Assembly (NCBI RefSeq): GCF_000009705.1
Contig: NC_003272.1
Location: 3,000,001 to 3,032,000, forward strand
Direction: 5' to 3'
Source of the DNA: Nostoc sp. PCC 7120 = FACHB-418
Lineage (GTDB): Bacteria > Cyanobacteriota > Cyanobacteriia > Cyanobacteriales > Nostocaceae
DNA length: 32,000 nt
In this document: piece by piece, positions 19,425-26,665 of the stretch
How positions within the stretch are numbered: the stretch's first letter is position 1
How the letters are laid out: every line of letters starts with the position of its first letter
The notes under the pieces: model-generated
Database searches by the model: none
The model's input: the letters and a program-made list of their open reading frames with translations, nothing else
What the model was told of the DNA's origin: nothing
Position numbers and translations under genes: made by a program

Positions 19425-20322
19425 ATAACTTTCTTCCCACCCTAATCGTTGAGATGTTTGGCTCAAGTTTCCCCCTGGATGTGTCCTGTTGATTGATAAC
19501 TAACCACTTACTTAATTAGCTATCCAGCAAGAATACTTGATTCTTGCCGAAATAATTGCTCACATCCATCTTGAGATTTTGCATCCAATTGGAAGCTATT
19601 TCAGACTTTGCACTAGAGCCTAAGATTACTTCTTCATTCAATAAACATTTCATAGCTAGTTTGATAAATTTGTTCATAATGAGCCTACAAATGGTTTTTA
19701 CGAATTTAAATAATACTTCGCTTGCGAACATTTGATTAAGCCTTAAAGCCTTAGCCAAAATAGTTCTGGCGAACATTTGCATTTATGAAAAATGTGATTA
19801 ATCATCATTATTAATAGCCTTAATATTTCCTGTAGGTTAATCATCTTGCCTGAAGATAGCAGATGACATAGGTAATTTAATTGGGTATCAACAATTGAAG
19901 CCCAAACCATGTATATTTAAAGACTGTTTATATAGAAAATATTATCAATTTATTGAAGGCTGATAATAGATGTCATTTTCTTCCTTGCAAGCCATGACAT
20001 TTTTGAAATAAAAATATGTAGCGCCTTGTGTTCGCAGATACATCTTGGCTACAGAAGTCAACTATTTAAACTAATCTATTATAGTAAGTTTCCTACCGGA
20101 TAAAATCAATAAGTATTTCCACATTAAATACATTTTTAAACCTAATAATAAATTTTCTCATTAATATTTAAATCACAAAAATAGCTAAAAAAATGTATAA
20201 AGTCAGGGAATTTTGATTCTCGCAAATTAATAGATTAACAACAAAAGAAATAGATAATCTTAAGTTAAGATGATGATTAAAGCACTGGGAAATTTATTGG
20301 CATAATTGCCAGGAGAATATAC

Positions 20323-20616
20323 ATGGCGGTACTCACAGGATTGACCTTTGGAGGCAACACTTGGACACCTAAATTTGCCGAATCAATTGACAAAGATAAA
20401 TGTATCGGTTGTGGCAGATGTATTAAGGTATGTGGTTATCCTGTGTTGGATTTGAAAGCACTCAATGAAGAAGGTGAATTTGTAGAAGATGAGGAAGATG
20501 ATGAAATCGAGCGCAAAGTAATGGTAGTTGCTCATCCAGAAAACTGCATTGGATGTCAAGCTTGTGCGCGGATTTGTCCTAAGAACTGCTACACACACAA
20601 CCCTTTAGAAAATTAA
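20323..20616 (+). CDS. fdxB: 2[4Fe-4S] ferredoxin, nif-associated ferredoxin III (FdxB-like)
   Basis: 97-aa ORF. AGGAGA precedes the ATG. The N-terminal [11 protein letters not shown] motif is followed by [12 protein letters not shown], an acidic insert (EDEEDDE) and [12 protein letters not shown]. Confidence 0.75.
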   Translation: MAVLTGLTFGGNTWTPKFAESIDKDKCIGCGRCIKVCGYPVLDLKALNEEGEFVEDEEDDEIERKVMVVAHPENCIGCQACARICPKNCYTHNPLEN

Positions 20617-20666
20617 GTTTTTCACCATCAGACATGATTATTGGCAAGGTAACAAGAGGGGAATAC

Positions 20667-20711
20667 CAAATTCAAAATTCAAAATTCAAAATTCAAAATC
20701 CAAAATCCAAA
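20667..20711. repeat. Heptamer tandem repeat (TTCAAAA x4, then TCCAAAA x2)
   Basis: The sequence is aaattcaaaattcaaaattcaaaattcaaaatccaaaatccaaag. Confidence 0.9.
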
Positions 20712-20775
20712 GCCTGGAGAACACAGTAGGTTTTTGCAATTTGAAGGATGATATATTGAGTTTTGTTTTATTTCT

Positions 20776-20789
20776 GTACCAAAAAATAC
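20776..20789 (+). promoter_or_regulatory. Candidate NtcA-type binding site (GTA-N8-TAC) upstream of coxB
   Basis: The sequence is GTAccaaaaaaTAC. A weak TAN3T-like element (taaaca, 20814-20819) lies about 24 nt downstream, and the site is about 410 nt upstream of the coxB ATG. This is a consensus match only. Confidence 0.3.
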
Positions 20790-21084
20790 CGAGAATCACC
20801 AAAAACTTCACGGTAAACAAATGCGTAAATCACTAACTGTTAAATATTAAACAAACCATACTTGCTGTTAAAAATAATTGTGTCTTTTTGATGTCAGTAG
20901 CTTTGGAGAAGTAGAAGCTACTGGGGATATGGCGAAAAATATATTGTTAAGTTTTGGGGGAAAGATATGAAGATATCTGGAATAATTCCCCCAATTTTTA
21001 TAGGCATAAGTTAAAAAGTTAATAAGTGAAATAAAAGGAAACTGGGGATTGATGATGGGGGATTAGGGACTGGTAGTGACAAAG

Positions 21085-21169
21085 CAATTACCAATTCCCC
21101 TTCGGGTTCGCCAGTTCCTTACGGAGGGAAACCCTCCTACAGGACTGGACTCACCAATTACCAATTCCC
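21085..21169. mobile_element. Small dispersed repeat (55-bp hairpin element) flanked by a perfect 15-bp direct repeat
   Basis: caattaccaattccc occurs at 21085-21099 and again at 21155-21169. The insert at 21100-21154 contains ccagt..ggaggg-aaa-ccctcc..actgg. It has the same architecture as the element at 17456-17506. Confidence 0.6.
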
Positions 21170-21197
21170 AATTTCGATAAGTAAATGAGTAGGTGGT

Positions 21198-22181
21198 ATG
21201 CAGCAAATTCCTGTTTCACTCTGGACTCTAATTGCTGGAATAGTAGTTGGAGTAATCAGTCTTTGGATTGGTCAAAATCACAACCTACTACCTATTCAAG
21301 CATCAGAACAAGCGCCTTTGGTAGACGGATTTTTTAATATTATGTTTACCATTGCTGTGGCGCTGTTTTTGGTAGTAGAAGGCACGATTCTGATTTTCTT
21401 ATTTAAGTATCGTCGTCGTCGGGGTGATAATACCGATGGCGTACCAGTGGAAGGGAACGTTCCCTTAGAGATTTTCTGGACGGCAATTCCATCAATAATT
21501 GTGATTTGCTTAGGTATCTATAGTGTAGATGTCTTTAACCAAATGGGAGGATTAGAACCTGGGACTCATCCCCATGCTTCCGCTCATGTGGCGCACTCTT
21601 CAGGTACGGCATTAGCAGCAACACTAAACGATACCTCGACATCTGCAATTAATCCAGGGATTGGTATTGGTGCAAGTCCGACAACTGCCGGTAAAACCGC
21701 AGACTTAGTTGTCAATGTGACTGGGATGCAGTTTGCTTGGTTATTCGATTATCCTGATAACGGTGTTTCCGCCGGAGAACTACACGTTCCGGTAGGTGCT
21801 GATGTACAACTTAATCTTTCAGCACAGGATGTGATTCACTCATTCTGGGTTCCCCAATTCCGACTGAAGCAAGACGCAATTCCTGGGGTTCCTACCGAAT
21901 TAAGATTCGTAGCTACCAAACCAGGGACATATCCGGTAGTGTGCGCTGAACTTTGTGGTGGTTATCATGGTTCAATGCGGACACAGGTTATTGTCCACAC
22001 ACCAGAGGAGTTTGATAGCTGGCTTGCAGAAAATCAGGTTGCTCAACAACAAAATCTACATCAGGCTGTTGCAGTTAACCCAGCTAATTTATCAACATCC
22101 GAGTTTCTCGCACCCCACACCCAAGATTTGGGAATTAGTGCAGCCACTTTAGAGACATTGCATACAACGTCTGTAAATTAG
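21198..22181 (+). CDS. coxB: Cytochrome c oxidase subunit II
   Basis: 327-aa ORF with two N-terminal TM helices. The CuA centre motifs are HSFWVPQF and CAELCGGYHGSM. Confidence 0.95.
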   Translation: MQQIPVSLWTLIAGIVVGVISLWIGQNHNLLPIQASEQAPLVDGFFNIMFTIAVALFLVVEGTILIFLFKYRRRRGDNTDGVPVEGNVPLEIFWTAIPSIIVICLGIYSVDVFNQMGGLEPGTHPHASAHVAHSSGTALAATLNDTSTSAINPGIGIGASPTTAGKTADLVVNVTGMQFAWLFDYPDNGVSAGELHVPVGADVQLNLSAQDVIHSFWVPQFRLKQDAIPGVPTELRFVATKPGTYPVVCAELCGGYHGSMRTQVIVHTPEEFDSWLAENQVAQQQNLHQAVAVNPANLSTSEFLAPHTQDLGISAATLETLHTTSVN

Positions 22182-22213
22182 TGGATTCTTCAAAAATTCT
22201 GGCACAATAGCTT

Positions 22214-23893
22214 ATGACACGAGTTGAATTTCCACCACACATTCCGCCAGATGACAATCAGCCGAAAAATTTGGCGGTTGGACATGGCTTAACTCTGCCA
22301 GCTTGGAAATGGCGAGATTACTTTACTTTTAATGTAGACCATAAGGTTATTGGTATCCAATACCTGGTGACAGCGTTTTTGTTCTATCTAATCGGTGGGT
22401 TGATGGCGATCGCTATCCGTACCGAGTTAGCAACACCTGATGCAGACTTCATTGATCCGAATCTGTACAACGCATTCATGACCAATCACGGAACAATCAT
22501 GATTTTCCTCTGGATTGTTCCTAGTGCTATTGGGGGTTTTGGTAATTATCTCATACCCTTGATGATTGGGGCGCGGGATATGGCGTTTCCCAAACTGAAT
22601 GCGATCGCCTTTTGGTTAAACCCACCAGCCGGCTTACTCTTGTTACTCAGCTTTATTTTTGGTGGTTCTCAGTCTGGTTGGACTGCTTACCCACCTTTGA
22701 GTTTAGTCACAGCGCCAACTGCTCAAACTTTGTGGATTTTGGCGATTGTATTAGTAGGGACTTCTTCCATTCTGGGTTCTGTGAACTTCGTTGTCACCAT
22801 CTTGATGATGAAGGTTCCGAGCATGAAATGGGATCAACTACCTTTGTTCTGCTGGGCAATTTTGGCAACATCCGTACTAGCACTACTCTCTACACCAGTG
22901 TTAGCTGCGGGTTTAGTTCTGCTATTATTTGACCTCAACTTTGGTACTTCCTTCTTCAAACCAGATGCTGGCGGTAACGTCGTTATCTATCAACATTTGT
23001 TCTGGTTCTACTCTCACCCAGCAGTATATTTGATGATTCTGCCCATCTTCGGCATTATGTCGGAGGTGATTCCCGTTCATGCGCGGAAACCAATTTTTGG
23101 TTATAAGGCGATCGCCTATTCTAGTGTCGCCATCTGTGTGGTCGGTTTGTTCGTCTGGGTTCACCATATGTTTACCAGTGGTACACCCGGTTGGATGCGG
23201 ATGTTCTTTACCATCTCTACCTTGATTGTTGCTGTTCCGACGGGTGTGAAAATTTTCGGTTGGGTGGCGACCTTGTGGGGTGGAAAGATTCGCTTTACCA
23301 GCGCCATGCTGTTTGCTATTGGCTTGTTATCCATGTTTGTCATGGGCGGCTTAAGCGGCGTAACGATGGGTACAGCGCCTTTTGACGTTCACGTCCACGA
23401 TACCTATTATGTAGTGGCACACTTCCACTACGTTCTGTTTGGTGGTTCTGTGTTTGGGATTTACGCCGGGATTTATCACTGGTTCCCCAAAATGACAGGG
23501 CGGAAGTTGGGTGAAGGTTGGGGTCGGATTCACTTTGCCCTGACCTTGGTTGGAACTAACTTAACTTTCTTACCCATGCACAAATTGGGCTTGCAAGGTA
23601 TGCCCCGACGGGTGGCGATGTATGATCCTCAATTTGTGGATTTGAATGTGCTTTGTACTATCGGTGCATTCATCTTAGGCTTATCGGTGATTCCTTTTGC
23701 CATCAATGTTATCTGGAGTTGGAGCAAGGGCGAATTGGCTGGGGATAATCCTTGGGAAGCTTTGAGCCTGGAATGGACTACTAGTTCTCCTCCTTTGGTG
23801 GAGAATTGGGAAGTTCTGCCTGTGGTGACTCATGGGCCTTATGACTATGGTCATAGTTTGGAAGCCGCACCGGAAGTAAGTGTATCAACCTAA
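22214..23893 (+). CDS. coxA: Cytochrome c oxidase subunit I
   Basis: 559-aa polytopic ORF. It has the canonical heme-copper oxidase motifs: NHGTIMIFL, WFYSHPAVY, VWVHHMFT and HDTYYVVAHFHYV. Confidence 0.97.
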   Translation: MTRVEFPPHIPPDDNQPKNLAVGHGLTLPAWKWRDYFTFNVDHKVIGIQYLVTAFLFYLIGGLMAIAIRTELATPDADFIDPNLYNAFMTNHGTIMIFLWIVPSAIGGFGNYLIPLMIGARDMAFPKLNAIAFWLNPPAGLLLLLSFIFGGSQSGWTAYPPLSLVTAPTAQTLWILAIVLVGTSSILGSVNFVVTILMMKVPSMKWDQLPLFCWAILATSVLALLSTPVLAAGLVLLLFDLNFGTSFFKPDAGGNVVIYQHLFWFYSHPAVYLMILPIFGIMSEVIPVHARKPIFGYKAIAYSSVAICVVGLFVWVHHMFTSGTPGWMRMFFTISTLIVAVPTGVKIFGWVATLWGGKIRFTSAMLFAIGLLSMFVMGGLSGVTMGTAPFDVHVHDTYYVVAHFHYVLFGGSVFGIYAGIYHWFPKMTGRKLGEGWGRIHFALTLVGTNLTFLPMHKLGLQGMPRRVAMYDPQFVDLNVLCTIGAFILGLSVIPFAINVIWSWSKGELAGDNPWEALSLEWTTSSPPLVENWEVLPVVTHGPYDYGHSLEAAPEVSVST

Positions 23894-24005
23894 CCCCCTA
23901 ACCCCCTTCCCTACGAGGGAAGGGGGAATAAGAAAGGTTCTCCTCTCTGACCTTCGGCACGCTCCGCGAACGAAGAAAATTTAGGAGAGGGGTTAGGTGA
24001 GAGGT
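23889..24005. repeat. Dispersed repeat with a strong hairpin, located in the coxA-coxC intercistronic spacer
   Basis: The sequence is ctaaccccctaacccccttccct-acga-gggaaggggga, with a perfect 10-bp stem at 23902-23926. Partially complementary ctcctctc / ggagagg arms follow. A second copy of the same family is at 26199-26240 (ctaacccccaaccccttccct-tgta-gggaagggga). Confidence 0.8.
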
Positions 24006-24030
24006 AAAGAGCCGAAAAATTGATGGAGAA

Positions 24031-24630
24031 GTGAATATGACTAGTGTGACGGCGCATGAGGCTCATGGGGGACATGAGGCGCATCCAGATTTACGGGTTT
24101 GGGGGTTGTTGACTTTCCTGATTTCTGAATCTTTGATGTTTGGCGGATTTTTTGCTACGTATCTGTTTTTTAAGGGGACTACCGAGGTGTGGCCGCCGGA
24201 AGGAACAGAGGTAGAGTTGTTTGTTCCAGCAATTAACACCGCCATTCTCTTATCTAGTAGTGTGGTCATTCACTTCGGTGATATGGCGATTAAGAAGGGT
24301 AATGTCTGGGGAATGCGGATTTGGTATTTCCTGACGGCGATTATGGGAGCAGTATTTTTAGCTGGTCAGGTATATGAGTACCAGAATTTAGGGTACGGCC
24401 TGACTGCTAATGTGTTCGCCAACTGCTTCTATATCATGACCGGGTTCCACGGACTGCACGTATTTATTGGGCTGTTATTGATTTTAGGTGTGTTGTGGCG
24501 ATCGCGCCGTTCTGGACATTATTCAGAAACTAAACATACTGGCATCGAAATGGCAGAAATTTACTGGCACTTTGTAGACATCATCTGGATTGTTCTTTTT
24601 ACCTTGGTTTATCTGCTCAATCTTTTGTAA
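24031..24630 (+). CDS. coxC: Cytochrome c oxidase subunit III
   Basis: 199-aa ORF with a GTG start at 24031; an ATG at 24037 is an alternative. Multi-TM protein with subunit III motifs (FFATY, YWHFVDIIW). Confidence 0.93.
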   Translation: MNMTSVTAHEAHGGHEAHPDLRVWGLLTFLISESLMFGGFFATYLFFKGTTEVWPPEGTEVELFVPAINTAILLSSSVVIHFGDMAIKKGNVWGMRIWYFLTAIMGAVFLAGQVYEYQNLGYGLTANVFANCFYIMTGFHGLHVFIGLLLILGVLWRSRRSGHYSETKHTGIEMAEIYWHFVDIIWIVLFTLVYLLNLL

Positions 24631-24636
24631 ATACAA

Positions 24637-24708
24637 GGGTAATGGGTAATTGGTAATTAATAATAGTTTGTTCAATTACCTATTACCCATTAGCTATTAC
24701 CAATTCCC
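24637..24708. repeat. Inverted arrays of the heptamer GGTAATT (hairpin-forming) between coxC and the next ORF
   Basis: gggtaatgggtaattggtaatt faces caattacctattacccattagctattaccaattcc. A related CCTATTA/CCCATTC array lies at 26613-26643. Confidence 0.8.
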
Positions 24709-24719
24709 AGGAGGTTATT

Positions 24720-25205
24720 TTGCACACAGACACCAATAAATTTTCCTGGTTCCAAGTTCCTGAAGATATCAAACATCTGTTAATTTTAGCTGCACAAAGT
24801 TGGGACAATACTTCAGTATCGGAGCAATATATTCAACAAGCTTTAGCTAAAACTGGAGAAAATACGGATGTATTAGTAGCAGGATATAGGTTTTTTTACT
24901 ATAAAAATAATTATTATTTAGCATTGCAAACAACTTACAAATTATTAGATAAAATTAGAGAATCAGAGAAGTTTCCTGATGAATGGGAGGAACTGAAGCC
25001 AATATTGGTTAACCGTCGGGAAGAATCCCCCATCAGGTTATATTTGAATGCTTATGCAGCTGCTGGATTGGTATTAGCTAAGTTAGGGGAAATCGATCAA
25101 GCTAAGGAAATCAGCATAAGAGTCAAGCAAGTTGATGACAAGCATGATTTCGGTGCGGGAATCCTACTGGATGTTTTGACGCGTCCAGCAGAAGAAGACG
25201 ATTAA
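24720..25205 (+). CDS. Hypothetical helical (TPR-like?) protein, 161 aa
   Basis: A TTG start is preceded by a perfect AGGAGG (24709-24714) with a 5-nt spacer. The ORF is co-oriented with coxBAC. I recognise no catalytic motif. Confidence 0.6.
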   Translation: MHTDTNKFSWFQVPEDIKHLLILAAQSWDNTSVSEQYIQQALAKTGENTDVLVAGYRFFYYKNNYYLALQTTYKLLDKIRESEKFPDEWEELKPILVNRREESPIRLYLNAYAAAGLVLAKLGEIDQAKEISIRVKQVDDKHDFGAGILLDVLTRPAEEDD

Positions 25206-25532
25206 ATCAGTCAATAGTGAGATAGTGCATTCCTGAGCCGTCCCGTGGGCGGGTTTCCCGACTTGAGGGAGTGGCGTGTCGCCTTGCGTCGGAAAGCAAC
25301 TATCGAACTCGTAAAGGTCAACAGTTATTAGTTAACACTCAACAACCATGAATATGTTCTCTTTTTTCAGCGCATCTTCCCCTCAACCTCTATCTACATT
25401 TTCTAATACTAATAACGACCAGTTTCCTCCTAAAGTTATAGTGCCAACTTTCCCCACAACTGATTCGCTGCCGAATGTTAACACTCCCATATTTGTGCTT
25501 CCCAGATTTTCTTAACCGAGAGTTTAAATATC

Positions 25533-26144
25533 ATGCAAGGTAGGGATTGGCTCTTGACAGGAGACGGTCAATATCAAGTGTGTAAATCTGCGAGAAGTTG
25601 GGATTTATTACAAGAGAATTATCGTCTTTATCGGTTTTTGACTGAGATGGAAGATGTTCTCAATCAGGTAAGCGATGAATCTACTCGTTTACCTGAAATC
25701 CGAATGCTCGTCAGGCGCTTGATTGTCAATTCGTACTGGGTGCGGAGTCAGTATTTAGCACCATCTCCAACCACCGGAACCTCTGTTCTCCTCCTATACG
25801 ATGAATTGGGTTTTCCCTTGACTGTGCAAACAGTAACTTTTGCACCAGGAACCCTATCTACTATTCATAATCATGGAACTTGGGGAGTTGTCGCGGTCTT
25901 AAAAGGGCAAGAAAAAAATACTGTTTGGCGACACACAAAAACCCCAGATTCTCAAGACAAAATTGAGGCGATGGGAGAAATTACTTTATCACCAGGGGAC
26001 ATGATTAGCTTCACTCCCGACGCAATTCATAGCGTCCAAGCAATAGGTGATGAACCAACTGTCACCTTTAATATCTATGGCGAAACTGACCCCAAACAAA
26101 GATTTGAGTTTGATGCAGTTACCCATAATGCTAAAAAGTTTTAA
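25533..26144 (+). CDS. Cupin-fold metalloprotein with a 3-His motif, cysteine dioxygenase type I-like / COG5553-like
   Basis: 203-aa ORF. Cupin motif 1 is G-TLSTI-HNH-GTWG and motif 2 is PGDMISFTPDAIHSV. Assignment is by motif pattern only. Confidence 0.6.
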   Translation: MQGRDWLLTGDGQYQVCKSARSWDLLQENYRLYRFLTEMEDVLNQVSDESTRLPEIRMLVRRLIVNSYWVRSQYLAPSPTTGTSVLLLYDELGFPLTVQTVTFAPGTLSTIHNHGTWGVVAVLKGQEKNTVWRHTKTPDSQDKIEAMGEITLSPGDMISFTPDAIHSVQAIGDEPTVTFNIYGETDPKQRFEFDAVTHNAKKF

Positions 26145-26182
26145 GGGGGAGACAAAAGGTAGGAATTAATCATGAACGCCGT

Positions 26183-26589
26183 GTGCAACTTTTTCAAACC
26201 TAACCCCCAACCCCTTCCCTTGTAGGGAAGGGGAGCAAGAATTAAAGCCTCTCTCCTTGCAGGCTACCGTGTACACACAAGTGGTAGCTGTAAGGGTTTC
26301 AGGCGTTATAAACCCCTTAAATTGTCATTACGAGCGTAGCGATAGCGGAGCGAAGTAATCACATAATCCCGTGGTTTTTGCGATTGCTTCGTCGTTCCTC
26401 CTCGCAATGACAGGCTTCCAGAGCGATCGCACAGCCTAAACCTAGATGACAAAACCAAGTGCTAGGGGGAATTTTAAGACTTGTGTGTACACCGTAGCTC
26501 CTTGCAGGGGAGAGGTACCCTGCGGGTACTCCTACGGAGAACTCGTAGAGTAGCAAGCTATGGAGAGGGGTTTCAAGAATAAGTTGCAC
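26183..26589. repeat. Composite, nested, imperfect palindrome of about 407 bp, built from several dispersed-repeat families (MITE-like)
   Basis: There are three tiers of complementary arms. Outer: gtgcaact (26183-26190) with agttgcac (26582-26589). Middle: gctaccgtgtacacacaagt (26263-26282) with acttgtgtgtacaccgtagc (26479-26498), 19/20 complementary. Inner: tgtcattacgag (26323-26334) with ctcgcaatgaca (26401-26412), 11/12, and cgaagtaatc with gattgcttcg, 9/10. Confidence 0.8.
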
Positions 26590-26665
26590 ATCGGGTTAAT
26601 TATCCTCCTGTTCCCTATTACCTATTACCCATTCCCCATTCCCAACTCATTAGGAGATACTTCAA

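Noticed and set aside
19425-19466. The TTG-initiated 14-codon N-terminal extension of patB shown in the ORF track (MSQTSQRLGWEESY).
   Set aside because: The in-frame ATG at 19424 begins directly with the ferredoxin-like domain (MPYTIPNNSCVGCDNC). It also gives the 529-aa size I recall for PatB. The TTG extension has no supporting RBS.
20091-20100. A DIF1-like heterocyst promoter motif (TCCGGA), read as ACCGGA on plus or TCCGGT on minus, in the patB-fdxB spacer.
   Set aside because: There is one mismatch on either strand. On the minus strand the only good TATAAT lies 11 nt away, which is wrong spacing for a -35-type element. On the plus strand no convincing -10 follows.
22612-23533. Alternative-frame and antisense ORFs within coxA (106, 80, 60, 64 and 60 aa).
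   Set aside because: They are embedded in the continuous, motif-rich subunit I reading frame. There is no independent evidence for them.
26359-26589. A 76-aa minus-strand ORF.
   Set aside because: It lies wholly inside the nested palindromic repeat complex. Its sequence is dictated by repeat arms that also occur in non-coding contexts elsewhere in the window.
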